From IMG/VR virus record IMGVR_UViG_3300035686_000002, positions 87,713-151,712 of that record: a stretch of 64,000 nucleotides of DNA; one strand, written 5' to 3'. The position numbers and the translations under genes are program-made. The stretch is from a virus (Duplodnaviria > Caudoviricetes). The notes under the pieces are model-generated. The model saw nothing but the letters and a program-made list of their open reading frames with translations, did not search any database and was not told where the DNA came from. This document shows positions 9,655 through 19,772 of the stretch, piece by piece; position 1 is the first letter of the stretch; the number at the start of each line of letters is the position of its first letter.

Positions 9655-10072
9655 GTACTGATATTCTTTTGTTTAAAACTATTTCTTTTTGCTTTTTAGG
9701 TGGCGTTAAGTTGTCTGGTTCTTCCGCTGAATCCATAAAACGCTCTATCCGAAAACGTTTTAATTGTTCTTTTGGGACTGTTTTGTCCGTCATAAAGCTC
9801 CTATTGGACAATTCGCATATTTATAAAACTTATTATAACATTTACTAATTTTACTTTTGTATCTTATGTGTAATTCACGCAGATATTCTTATTGGTCAGG
9901 CAGCCAATTAGGAGTCTTACTCAATTTCCAAAAGCCTATTTCGGTAGCAAGACCCGATGAAGCGTCAAAAATCATCGGGGCTAAAGCCGCAGTGAGTATG
10001 TCAGAGCGGTGTTTTTATGTCTTAGAAGACTATTATTGATGGGTCTGGTAATCTCGATATTCAGATCGAGAA

Positions 10073-10263
10073 GCGAGACAACACTCAGATATTTTTATTG
10101 TTGAGCTTGTTACTCAGTTTTTTATAATTTATAATCTTTCTGATTGACGAACTCATCTATTGCATTCTCGATTCTATATATCTTGTGACTGTAGAGGTTG
10201 TTTAAATTTTGAAATCAGAAATCAAACCAGTCTCAACAAGTGGAACAGATAAATTACTTTCGA
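10073..10263 (+). repeat. Dispersed element, copy 5 (complete)
   Basis: GCGAGAC..TTGAGCTTGTTACTCA..TATAAT..TGATTGACGAACTCATCTAT..CAGTCTCAACAAG..CTTTCGA. Confidence 0.9.
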
Positions 10264-10300
10264 TTCAAAAGCCGATAACCAGCGACGATCGTTGAGTGGT

Positions 10301-10876
10301 TCACACAATTGTATCCAAATCCTTAGTGACGAACCGAACCGAATAAGGCTGCGTGTAGTAGCGGACGATTGGCGCTGGTGCTTCTACGGGTTGTCCCGTA
10401 CCGCCGACAACCGGGCAAAGTAGCTGACCGTTAGACATCATGCCCGACATTGGCTGCAAATAAAGAACGCCGCGCTTGCGAGTAACGCCCCCTGTGGTAT
10501 AGTCCTTTATTGGGTCAAATCCTACGGCATCATCAACCCAAATTGTTTGCACTTGTCCAACGATCGCCCGCTGACGTAGCGCAATCTCCCACAGGATAAA
10601 TCGAATTTCTGCTCGCTGGTCTTGAATTTCTAAATCAAACCCTTGAGTGCGAACCACAGATGTTTCATACCACACCGAGCTAAAAGCATCTGTGATTTTT
10701 CCCCATTCCTCGTTGATTGGTTTATATTGTTGCGACTGCACTCGTAGACTGAGATTGCCCGTAGAGTCAAACATTGAAGACAAAAGCTGACCTTGTGGGT
10801 TTCGTTCTTCAAGTTGCTGTAGGTATTTGAGCCGAAGATCGGCAGGTGTTTCAAAAGTTATTGCTCGTAAGTACAT
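10301..10876 (-). CDS. Putative tail-associated protein
   Basis: 191 aa; last gene of the minus-strand tail operon. Confidence 0.55.
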   Translation of the reverse strand: MYLRAITFETPADLRLKYLQQLEERNPQGQLLSSMFDSTGNLSLRVQSQQYKPINEEWGKITDAFSSVWYETSVVRTQGFDLEIQDQRAEIRFILWEIALRQRAIVGQVQTIWVDDAVGFDPIKDYTTGGVTRKRGVLYLQPMSGMMSNGQLLCPVVGGTGQPVEAPAPIVRYYTQPYSVRFVTKDLDTIV

Positions 10877-10954
10877 TTAACGTAAGCAAATGACAACTAT
10901 TTTTTAAGAGATATCTTTGGGATTTTCTGTTGACAATCTCAGTTTTAAGTTCTA

Positions 10955-11347
10955 TCAATTAGGTCTGTTTGGAGGGGTTGGAGTAGGAACCGGAGCGGGG
11001 CTAGTAGGAGTAGGAGTAGGAGTAGGAGTAGGAGTAGGAGTAGGAGTAGGAGTAAATGCCATATTAGGGTGATGGCTGCGAATTCTTTGTGTTTCTAACG
11101 CCTCAACTTCTTCTTTGAGCAAACGCATAAATTCTGCAACTCTAGGGGTAGGATTTGCTAAACTGATTATCAATGGTTCGTCAAGCCACTTCCAGTCAGA
11201 AATTACTTTATTGTCAACGAGCATACGTCTGTTAAAATAGACTTCTATCTGCCTTTGGAAAGCTTCTTTTGGTAATCTAATCTCAACTCTTTCTGCATCG
11301 CTAACAACTGTAAACTTTGTTGTTGTATCTATCAATGATGTTTGCAT
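10955..11347 (-). CDS. Small protein with a Pro-Thr tail, downstream of the tail fibre gene (possible fibre chaperone)
   Basis: 130 aa ending in (TP)n; position after the fibre gene. Confidence 0.55.
   Translation of the reverse strand: MQTSLIDTTTKFTVVSDAERVEIRLPKEAFQRQIEVYFNRRMLVDNKVISDWKWLDEPLIISLANPTPRVAEFMRLLKEEVEALETQRIRSHHPNMAFTPTPTPTPTPTPTPTPTSPAPVPTPTPPNRPN
11003..11054 (+). repeat. (AGTAGG)8 microsatellite encoding Thr-Pro repeats
   Basis: Direct reading of the tandem hexamers. Confidence 0.95.
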
Positions 11348-11389
11348 TTTAGTAATAATTCTTTGAACTACAAAATATTTAATTGTATT

Positions 11390-14300
11390 TTAACTTATAT
11401 AATCAATAACTGCGTAAAAACTTTTTGACAATATTGCACTAGAGTTGCCCGTCTCATTAGTCAAGCTAAAGTTTGTTGCGTCAGTAGCCCAATAGCTACC
11501 ACATCCGGGTTGTCTAGATCCAAAAGGTAGATTTCCAGTAGCACTATAATAAATGACTCCAACAACGCTTATTATTTTGGCAACGTTTATACCATGTGCA
11601 ACGTTTACAGCTCCCCCTTGAGCTGCACTTGTCGTTCCGCTAATTAATTTCTTTTTAATGGCTACATTATCGCCTAAGAGAGTAAAACCTCCAGTATATT
11701 GATTTCCTTGAACAGCTTGTCCTCCACTAACTATATGCGCGCCAGTCGTAGTTGAAGTTGATTGAGTTCCATTTGTAATCCGGGTAACACCTGTAAAAGT
11801 TTTTTCGCCTCCAACCGTCTGATTCTCTGTTGTATTTACTTGCAAATGGTTTGTAAGATTTGGTAATCCAATCTGTGCTGCTGTTGTTCCGTGAGGGTTT
11901 CCTGTCTCTTGAGAATGTAAATAAGCTATATTTCCAAAGTCACCGCGATAGGCACTGGCAGAGGTTGTTCCTAAGGCTAAAGATGCTGATATTTCAACAT
12001 ACGCACTTCCTGACCATCGGTAAGTTATATTAGTAGTAGTTGCTACATAAATTTTTCCTGTTTCTCCTGTAGTAGGAAAATTCACAAGTGCCGCAAATTC
12101 AAGAACATCATCAACAAAACCAGGTAATTGCACTGCCGGGACAACGCCATTTACCAATGATGCAAAATTGCTGCTAGCAATTGCTTCTGGCGGCCCTGCT
12201 GTTGCACCTCTTCCCCACAAGGTATTTGCTGGCAACGTACCGGGAAACCCAGCCATAACCCCCCAACTCGTACCGCCTAGCGAAGATAAAATAAAGCTTT
12301 GATGTTGCACCGCCAAAGGTAAAGTTAATGCACCGTTGATAGTGTCACTACCAGACCTGGAAATAGTAACCAAATTTGCCGACGCATCAGACTTGCGAAT
12401 CTCTACCACCCAACCACTGCCAACAGTCGCAGCAGCAGGCAAGGTTATTGTGATTGTCGCCGATGTAGCATTGACATCAATTAATTGGCGTTGATTAGCA
12501 GTCGTGAGCGTTGTGTTCGTCGAAACCCCTAAATACCCAAAAACGGTAATTGGGTCTGTGCCGCCAACGTTGTGAGTGCTAGCGTGAGCGGTGGGAGTTC
12601 GTGCGTTGGAGTAAGCTGAATCTGCTGCGTCTCGAATTTGTCCTGCACTATTCCCTATTGCCCGTAACGCTGCCGCACCTAACCCGAGTGTAGTTCGAGC
12701 TTCAGTTTGAGTCGTATCGTCAAGAAGTGTCCGAATAAAAGCACCTAATTGAACAATGGCAGCGCTGCCACCAGCAGTTCTTTCAATTAATCCAGCCGTT
12801 GACAAAAGTTCGATTGCTTGAATAACAGGTGAAGCATTTGATTCAAATAAAGATTTACGGTAAGCGGGTATGCAGCCATCAGCGGTAGTTTGCCTGATTC
12901 GGGTGCATTGTGTTCCCGACAAAAACGAGTAAGCGATCGCAACTTGATAAGTTCCAATTGGCAAACTCCCACCAATAGCAGATCCCGAAACCGTAGGCGG
13001 ATCGAACAAACAAAAATCAGTAAACGGTGGCGCGGTAGTAGCTGCAACTACGGTAGTATTTGTCAAATCTACAACATTAAATATTTGCGTAGTGTCAATT
13101 ACTACTGGTTGAGGTGAATTAAGCCTGTAAATTGTAGATCCTTGCTTGATATAGATCCGAACTTGCGGAGGATTAAAATGGGCTTTGGTGTTTCCAGCAA
13201 TTTCAGGAATCCCCGATCTTACCATTCCAAAAGCGCCGCTTACCGGATAGGTTGCGGTGATAGAAATTCCACCAACGGAACTCAATACAATATTGTTGCT
13301 CCAACCCGATGCTACCGATTCGCCAGTACCAAAATCAAACAAAGCAAGTAAAGCTTCACCTCCTGAAAGCGCCGTTACCCCGGCAACGCCGCGAACCACA
13401 GCGCGACCGTCTTGAGTGATCGCTAGCTGCTGATTTAAGGTATTTGGGGCGATCTGGGCGATCGTTTGTTTGGGCTGTAATGCCGACTCATGACCCCTAA
13501 CTACAAACAATCCCGGTAGTACATTCAAAGTTCCATCGCCGGGAACCACGCGACCAAAATCAGCAATCGGTGCAACAAAACCTCCCACGCTTGTCTCAAA
13601 AATCGAAGCTAGAGGAACCCGAACGCCACCTTGGGGTAACAAGATTGGAACAATCGAGATGACACTACCTTGCACTAGCGGCGGGTATATCTCGGACGCA
13701 CGGAACCGAGGGAAGATTTTAAAAACCGCTTTCTGATTTCCTGGTAAGGTTTTAGATATTGCCAAAAATCCCGTTTCAGCATTGGTTTGCGTTAAATCAA
13801 CGCCGATTCCTGCCATGTCTGCGCCGTCGTTCAACCCCGAGTCATTGTCAAGAATTCCGGTTGCCGAATTGTAGAAGCCCAAAAATCTAACAACAATTCG
13901 TCGATCAAACAACGTAGTCGCAGGGAACCCGTCAACCTGCACGTTCAAACCAAATCGAGAACCAACGGCGATATCATCCCCGGTGTCCGATCCGAAAAAT
14001 ACGGTTAATCCTTTGGCATTAGTTGCTATTAAATCTGTGTTGTCGGCTGCGTCATAGTTTACGTCGCCAAACAATAGATTTTGTGCGAGAAATTCTTCAT
14101 CAACGGCGACAAGCGGACGGCAAGCGCCTGTGTCTCCAAAAATGTCGCCGCCGATAGGAAACAGCCCAAAATTGGGATTACCAAACCGCACCCAATATTC
14201 ACCGGGCGATCGTTCAATTACTTTGTCGCCGTCAACCGCATGGCGAAAATAGGGAGAATTCGGATCGGTAATCAGCCACGGGTAGTATATATAGTAAGAT

Positions 14301-14776
14301 GCACCGCTGGCAACTCCCCCACTAACTAGCCGCACCATGCCGGGAACCAAGCTAACCCCCGTAGGTAATCCGGCAGGCAAACTGACGGCGGCGGACGGAA
14401 CGACTAATTGCTCATCTCGGCTAAAGACAATTGGCGCCGCTGTAGCGAAAGCATCTGAGTCAGTCTGAAAGATCCGCCAAAAACCCACAACCCAAGCATC
14501 ATCTAGTGTTGTAGTAAGGGATGCGACAATAAAGCAATATTTATACCCCGTAGCAGCATCTCGATTGGCTTCAGGAAAACTGACAGAAATACGTCCTCCG
14601 GCGGGAGCGGTAACAGTTACGGCGGGCGACGGTAGCGACACGCCTGCTTCGTTCAGTAGATAGAGCCAAAAAGTCCGCGTTTGTGGAACCGAGAAAGCCC
14701 CGCCAGTTGTCGCTGTCGTTACGTTGCCACTTGTAAAAACTGGAGCAAATCGCCCGCTGCCGTATTCTGCGGTCAT
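11390..14776 (-). CDS. Tail fibre / receptor-binding protein
   Basis: 1128 aa, Gly/Thr/Ala-rich. Fibre motifs: RTLLDD..ARTTLGLG, PTAHASTH..GTDPI, TITLPAAA..IRKSDAS, FPTTGETGKIYVA..YRWSGSAY, NPHGTTAAQIGL. Confidence 0.85.
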   Translation of the reverse strand: MTAEYGSGRFAPVFTSGNVTTATTGGAFSVPQTRTFWLYLLNEAGVSLPSPAVTVTAPAGGRISVSFPEANRDAATGYKYCFIVASLTTTLDDAWVVGFWRIFQTDSDAFATAAPIVFSRDEQLVVPSAAVSLPAGLPTGVSLVPGMVRLVSGGVASGASYYIYYPWLITDPNSPYFRHAVDGDKVIERSPGEYWVRFGNPNFGLFPIGGDIFGDTGACRPLVAVDEEFLAQNLLFGDVNYDAADNTDLIATNAKGLTVFFGSDTGDDIAVGSRFGLNVQVDGFPATTLFDRRIVVRFLGFYNSATGILDNDSGLNDGADMAGIGVDLTQTNAETGFLAISKTLPGNQKAVFKIFPRFRASEIYPPLVQGSVISIVPILLPQGGVRVPLASIFETSVGGFVAPIADFGRVVPGDGTLNVLPGLFVVRGHESALQPKQTIAQIAPNTLNQQLAITQDGRAVVRGVAGVTALSGGEALLALFDFGTGESVASGWSNNIVLSSVGGISITATYPVSGAFGMVRSGIPEIAGNTKAHFNPPQVRIYIKQGSTIYRLNSPQPVVIDTTQIFNVVDLTNTTVVAATTAPPFTDFCLFDPPTVSGSAIGGSLPIGTYQVAIAYSFLSGTQCTRIRQTTADGCIPAYRKSLFESNASPVIQAIELLSTAGLIERTAGGSAAIVQLGAFIRTLLDDTTQTEARTTLGLGAAALRAIGNSAGQIRDAADSAYSNARTPTAHASTHNVGGTDPITVFGYLGVSTNTTLTTANQRQLIDVNATSATITITLPAAATVGSGWVVEIRKSDASANLVTISRSGSDTINGALTLPLAVQHQSFILSSLGGTSWGVMAGFPGTLPANTLWGRGATAGPPEAIASSNFASLVNGVVPAVQLPGFVDDVLEFAALVNFPTTGETGKIYVATTTNITYRWSGSAYVEISASLALGTTSASAYRGDFGNIAYLHSQETGNPHGTTAAQIGLPNLTNHLQVNTTENQTVGGEKTFTGVTRITNGTQSTSTTTGAHIVSGGQAVQGNQYTGGFTLLGDNVAIKKKLISGTTSAAQGGAVNVAHGINVAKIISVVGVIYYSATGNLPFGSRQPGCGSYWATDATNFSLTNETGNSSAILSKSFYAVIDYIS

Positions 14777-14799
14777 AAAAATTTAGAATAATTTTAAAA

Positions 14800-14970
14800 T
14801 TAAAGACCGCGCCCCGTGCTGGAATCGGTAGAAGATGATGAAAGTCGGATAAAAAACTTGTCTCCGTTTCTCGATCTCACTGTAACCCCTTCTTGATTTT
14901 TAGTAATTGTTTTGAGCGAAGCAGTAAGAGCTTCCGCCAAATCTTTGGCTACTCGACTTGTATTTTGCAT
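14800..14970 (-). CDS. Small hypothetical protein (56 aa, below the ORF-track cutoff)
   Basis: MQNTSRVAKDLAEALTASLK..; fills the gap between two tail genes in the same orientation. Confidence 0.45.
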   Translation of the reverse strand: MQNTSRVAKDLAEALTASLKTITKNQEGVTVRSRNGDKFFIRLSSSSTDSSTGRGL

Positions 14971-15010
14971 TTATTTTTTGATTTTCAATCAAGTATAACC
15001 GTTAATATGA

Positions 15011-17749
15011 TTATTTTGAGTTAACACGGGATTGTTGGCTGCTTTGAGTAATTGTCCCAATATCATTTAAATTTCGCAATTGGAGACGACCAAAATCTTG
15101 TTTAGAATCTGGCTTGTTACTTTCCCTTGGGGGTTCACGTCGAGAAGATCTAATAAAATCTACTGGCAACTCAGCGCCCACTTGCAAAGAAGTGCCAGGG
15201 GTTCGCAAATAAGGTTTCCCATTAACAGAACCCATAATTCCTACAGAATTATTTACTCCAAAAATTCTTCGCTGACGAACTTCACCATTGCAAACATAAG
15301 TTATCCGATCGCCTGACCTCATTTGTGGATTATACCAAACTAACAGCTCTTCCCGCACAGAATTTTGTGCATCTCGAATTCTAAAGTCAGTCTCTGCGGC
15401 TAAATATGCTTCTGTTAATGTTTTTGCGTAAGGATATGATAGTCCGCCACCCACTAACTGCTGCTGAAATTGCTTGTTTCCTTTTGGTGGCAAGTGTGCA
15501 GTTTCAATAAAGTATTGTCTCTTTCCGCGTTCTGGATTCTGCTCTTCCGGATCGACAGAATTGCTGCGCGGTTCAATTCTTTCCCACACCGACGGCAATT
15601 GTGTTGCAGCACCGGGGCGTCCGGTATTGGTTGAGCTTGTTTGCTCCGAAAGTTGACTGTTAAAATTAATGCCACCCGCAACAGCTTTTTTCCCGATTGA
15701 CAAAAACCGATCCTCTTCTCGCGTTGCGCGCGATCGATTAAAATCTGCCATTGTTTCGCCCGGTGGTAGGTTTACAGACCCTAGCCACTTAGGAGTTTTA
15801 ACAGAGGTAATCTTGACTTCTGAAAAATTCAACTCTTCAGAACCCGCAAACAGTGGAGGGTATTCCGGTTTGATGTCGGCTGGGGCGGCTGTTAAATTGT
15901 CGTTTCTGATTTTGATGTTTCGAGGATCTTCGGTTTCGGCAAATGCTGCCGAATATCGCTGCTGCTTACGAACAAAGCGAGGGTCAATCCATTTGCCGTC
16001 CCCAATATTGTCAATTCGCCTATACGTCAATTGTCCAGTTGGCGAGCATATTTCTTCTAACTCAAAATCTGGCAGTTCAACATCGCCGTAGTGAGCGTTA
16101 TAAGGAGAAAGGATATTCTCTTCAATTTCGTAGACCTGAATTTGTTTAGGCAGATAACAAACAAGTGAAGCTTGTTTGAAAGCAATGTCTGTCGGATCGT
16201 CCCCTGTTTCTGGTTGAAACTTGATGGTAGCAAAATCTTCACTCGGATCGGAGTCTTCGTTGGAAACGTCGCTAATACTTTCGGTTTGATGCACTGCTGT
16301 TCGCCAGCCAGTCGTCACCGACCGCAACCGCCAACCTTCTCTGTCGTACTCTACTACCTCAGTCGTGTCCTCAATAATTCCCCAAAATCCTAAAGGGTTA
16401 ACGCCGCTAATTTTTTTTGTAGTTGGATTGTAAAGGTCAATTCCACGGATGCCAGAAAACCCGTATTTTAGCGTCTGTTTTTTAAACGGCATCCCGTCGA
16501 TAGTAGTAATTTTTTCGTTTGTCTTTACATAATTTGACCCGCTTTCGTAAAAATTGATCGATGTGGTTTTGACTACGCCTAACCCAGAAGGAGGGGAAGA
16601 AGCGTTGGGATCTGATTCGGTTTTTTCCTCTTTTCGTGCGCGCCGCCGCCATTGCGCTTGGTTGGAGTTGTTGTTTTGCAGTTGTGTTTGCTCGTCAGGG
16701 TTCACGTAAAATCGGCTAATCTTTGTGGTTTCCGCGATCCGTTTTTTTTCTAATTTATTGTCATCCAAAAATAAACCCGTTATTTCTGCTTTTGGAAAGT
16801 AATGCTCTGAATGTAGGTATTTACTCAAATCTTCTTGCACCAGTGGCATTGTGCCGAATGCCGGGATAAAATCAGGAACTTGTTCGCCCAGTGGCAAGAA
16901 GTGGAAAGGGCGGGACGATAAACTTGTTGATCGGCGCAATTCTCCAGAAAAAGTGCGCGTAACTTCTTTGAGCAAGTCGGTCTCTGGTATGTTCCAATTT
17001 GGTGTTTTGTCCCAGCGTTTAACTGTGATTCGACTTGGTTCTGATAGCACTTTAAAGCAGCCATTTTGCCGCAATAGCGCATCTAGCTCAGACATAAAAT
17101 TGGTGCTAGTGTCGGGCCCCGCATCATTTGGGACGGTAATTTTACCCGCGAACCCTGAGTAACTGCCTCCTGCTCGACTGGCAATTTGCGCCAAGCTTAG
17201 ATATTGCGATCGCATCCGCACGTCTTTAGACCTGCTCGCTGTCGGATCGCAACGCTCGCCCGTTTCTGTATTGTCAAAATTCTTGAGAACCAGCGGCACG
17301 TCATCTGATGCCCAACCATGAGCGCCAGACAGGGACACAGACACAAGGATAATCGGCCCTAACGAGTTGCTCCGAGGGACTTCAATCATCCGCAGGTCAC
17401 TCACTCGAAATCCGATTCCAAACAGTTCAATCGGAACGCCGACGTGCAGTAGTTGACAAACCAAATATCGGTTTTCCCAGCCAGTCTTGAATTCAATTGC
17501 CCCGCTAGGTTCTGATTCAAAAGTTTCTGACCAGGAAATATTACCCGCCAAAATTGGGACTAAGTTGAGAAATTCTGGATAGGGTTCTGGGACGTAGTTC
17601 GTTCGCAAAATCTTTTTGGAACCCAAAACTCTGATACTTGAACCGATCGGCGGCGGTGGGGCGGTAAGGAGATTTCCCGGTGCTGCTATTGGCAAGCCGC
17701 CGGGTGTAGTGGGAGAATATGTATAGTTTTTGCGAACGGCTGAAACCAT
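15011..17749 (-). CDS. Large virion protein, putative tail hub/baseplate
   Basis: About 912 aa; C-terminal NPQMRSGDRITY motif of hub-type proteins; lies upstream of the tail fibre gene. Confidence 0.55.
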   Translation of the reverse strand: MVSAVRKNYTYSPTTPGGLPIAAPGNLLTAPPPPIGSSIRVLGSKKILRTNYVPEPYPEFLNLVPILAGNISWSETFESEPSGAIEFKTGWENRYLVCQLLHVGVPIELFGIGFRVSDLRMIEVPRSNSLGPIILVSVSLSGAHGWASDDVPLVLKNFDNTETGERCDPTASRSKDVRMRSQYLSLAQIASRAGGSYSGFAGKITVPNDAGPDTSTNFMSELDALLRQNGCFKVLSEPSRITVKRWDKTPNWNIPETDLLKEVTRTFSGELRRSTSLSSRPFHFLPLGEQVPDFIPAFGTMPLVQEDLSKYLHSEHYFPKAEITGLFLDDNKLEKKRIAETTKISRFYVNPDEQTQLQNNNSNQAQWRRRARKEEKTESDPNASSPPSGLGVVKTTSINFYESGSNYVKTNEKITTIDGMPFKKQTLKYGFSGIRGIDLYNPTTKKISGVNPLGFWGIIEDTTEVVEYDREGWRLRSVTTGWRTAVHQTESISDVSNEDSDPSEDFATIKFQPETGDDPTDIAFKQASLVCYLPKQIQVYEIEENILSPYNAHYGDVELPDFELEEICSPTGQLTYRRIDNIGDGKWIDPRFVRKQQRYSAAFAETEDPRNIKIRNDNLTAAPADIKPEYPPLFAGSEELNFSEVKITSVKTPKWLGSVNLPPGETMADFNRSRATREEDRFLSIGKKAVAGGINFNSQLSEQTSSTNTGRPGAATQLPSVWERIEPRSNSVDPEEQNPERGKRQYFIETAHLPPKGNKQFQQQLVGGGLSYPYAKTLTEAYLAAETDFRIRDAQNSVREELLVWYNPQMRSGDRITYVCNGEVRQRRIFGVNNSVGIMGSVNGKPYLRTPGTSLQVGAELPVDFIRSSRREPPRESNKPDSKQDFGRLQLRNLNDIGTITQSSQQSRVNSK

Positions 17750-17750
17750 A

Positions 17751-18083
17751 TTGTTTAAAATACACAATCCAAATTTAAGAACAGAGCCGACGCCGTTTCA
17801 ATCTTTGGGGGCGATCGTTTGTCGGGTGTTCAATCCAATTCTGCCACAACACCGAGCGCGGTTGTGTGTTTTAGGTTATGGAGTTGGGCGGGCAATTGAA
17901 TTAAACGCACCGCTGGTTGTTGATAATGGTTTTGCAACAATACCTGTGTCGGAGTTTGCGCGGGTAGATTATGTGGAAATTGGCGGGGATATTTACGCGG
18001 AGGCAGAGGATTATACCGAATTGCTACCGGGTGAGTACGTTTATAATGCTCAGACTGAGATGTTGACAATTAGAATTTACTAA
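17751..18083 (+). CDS. Hypothetical protein, probably virion-related
   Basis: TTG start; ELLPGEYVYNAQTEMLTI; abuts the 17749 gene head to head. Confidence 0.5.
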   Translation: MFKIHNPNLRTEPTPFQSLGAIVCRVFNPILPQHRARLCVLGYGVGRAIELNAPLVVDNGFATIPVSEFARVDYVEIGGDIYAEAEDYTELLPGEYVYNAQTEMLTIRIY

Positions 18084-18149
18084 ACAAAAAATAGCTAAAG
18101 TTCAGTCTACTCCAATTATCAATGCTTCTAAGTTGAACAGTTAACAAAG

Positions 18150-18749
18150 TCAATACTCTTCAAATGAAACACGCTCAATAGTTACATTCTTAACAGGATG
18201 TAAAGGAATGACCTGTGGCGGCTGACTGTCACAAGAAATGGCCAAAAAATGTTGAACGTTTTTTGTGAGAAGATTTTTTGCTACAAATACAATTCTGTCT
18301 ATTTTACCTGATAACGTCACAGAAATATCATCTGATACCTGTGTTAATAATATCCTCAGAAATTCAGAAAGTTCTTCGTTTATCACAATGTCAACAAATA
18401 ATTCTTCAGGCTTATTAAAGTTTCCTAACCAGAGAGTACGATTTGCTGATAAAGCGAAACAAGGCACAGACTCCAAAAGTTTTATCTTGACTACATATTT
18501 AGGAGGCTCATAGAACCGAGCAGGGTGTTGAACTACTGCTCCATACTCGCTAAGAGTCCGAACAGTTTGAAAGGTTTGTACGATTTCATAAGCAGATTCG
18601 TCTAAGCTTTCTAGTGCAACCGCCAATTCAAAAGCTTCTTCATCAAATTCTGAAAAAACAAGACAATTGCCTTCTAGCTGCACATTGTACAAATGCTTGC
18701 AAACATTTTTAGCATTATCTGGTAGTTTAAATTCTATTCTTTGTGCCAC
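18150..18749 (-). CDS. Hypothetical protein
   Basis: 199-aa ORF with a GTG start. Confidence 0.6.
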   Translation of the reverse strand: MAQRIEFKLPDNAKNVCKHLYNVQLEGNCLVFSEFDEEAFELAVALESLDESAYEIVQTFQTVRTLSEYGAVVQHPARFYEPPKYVVKIKLLESVPCFALSANRTLWLGNFNKPEELFVDIVINEELSEFLRILLTQVSDDISVTLSGKIDRIVFVAKNLLTKNVQHFLAISCDSQPPQVIPLHPVKNVTIERVSFEEY

Positions 18750-18868
18750 GACGTAATACCTAATTGAGGGGATAATCCAATAAAATAAAATATTTACTTA
18801 ACTCGAATAGTTCCAAGCTAAGTAGCTTTTACGCAAGAGTTAGAGTTAGCGCAAAAGCTAAAACTAAA

Positions 18869-19669
18869 TTACATCAAACCCCGCAGGACTTTCACAATCG
18901 ATTCCTGCCACTTTGTGTGCTGGTAGCTGGTATTGTCTCGCCCTTTCCCCGTCGCCAGTGTGTTACTAGAGTACCGCTCACCTAGCTCTGTAGGCAGATA
19001 AGCGGGTTCTGTCTTACTTTTGTTGTGATTCTTCACTTGATACCCGTTCTCGGTCAGCAGTGCATTTACAACACGGGCTGACACTCCGAGTCGTTGGCCG
19101 ATTGCGGTCGGAGTGAGTAATACTTCGGGAATGGAGTTGGTAGCAGCTAGTAAGCTGTGTGCCGCCTCAATATCAGCTTTAAGTTCGGGATAATGGTATT
19201 GAATGCGGTTAAGAATAAAGCCATTAACCAACGGCGTGGGGACGGATGACATTGCTGATCAAATCAAGTCAAGTTTAGCTGGGGTTATTTCAGCACTTGG
19301 TGGTCGCGGGGCGGGTGCAGAAGCAGCGACAATCGAAACAGCTCCTTCTGTCATCAATGTCCGAATCTGTTGAGAAACCCAAATCCGAAAGCCAACATTA
19401 CACCACGCAGCAAAGTCAATTGCCACCTCCTCAATTGCCCAAGTCCCTTGATTTTCTGGCGTTCCACCTTACACCGTTTCCGTTACGGGAATTCCCGTAA
19501 CGGACTCAAACTCTGCCAGAAACTCGGTTGCAGACTTTGACCGGGTGTAATCGTTAACCTGCTTACCTGCCGCCTTTGCCATATCGGTCAAGCTTACCCA
19601 AACACGATCACTCCGACGCTCAAACCGAATATTCTTGCCAGCAAAATCTAAAACTGTTAAACTTTTCAT
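18869..19669 (-). pseudogene. KilA-N antirepressor pseudogene with two in-frame stops
   Basis: ORFs 19469..19669 and 18869..19252 share a frame. The sequence between them reads ETV*GGTPENQGTWAIEEVAIDFAAWC..LDLI*SAMSS. The C-terminus has an antirepressor-type HTH (LTPTAIGQRLGVSARVVNALL). Confidence 0.85.
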
Positions 19670-19772
19670 TGTTCGCCTAATCTAGGTAGGTGGACGGCCG
19701 ATGTTAAGCGGGATACTAGCAATATCTCGATCGGCTCAATTAATTATATCACGATCGCCCCTCCAACTAAAC

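Noticed and set aside
1883-10263. Dispersed element as a CRISPR array
   Set aside because: The units are ~190 bp, degenerate and kilobases apart with genes between them; there are no cas genes.
11390-14776. Diversity-generating retroelement or invertible tail-fibre cassette
   Set aside because: No reverse transcriptase, invertase or second copy of the fibre 3' end was seen in the window.
18869-19669. Stop-codon reassignment as the cause of the in-frame stops
   Set aside because: All three stop types are involved, all three end normal genes here, and the long genes contain none.
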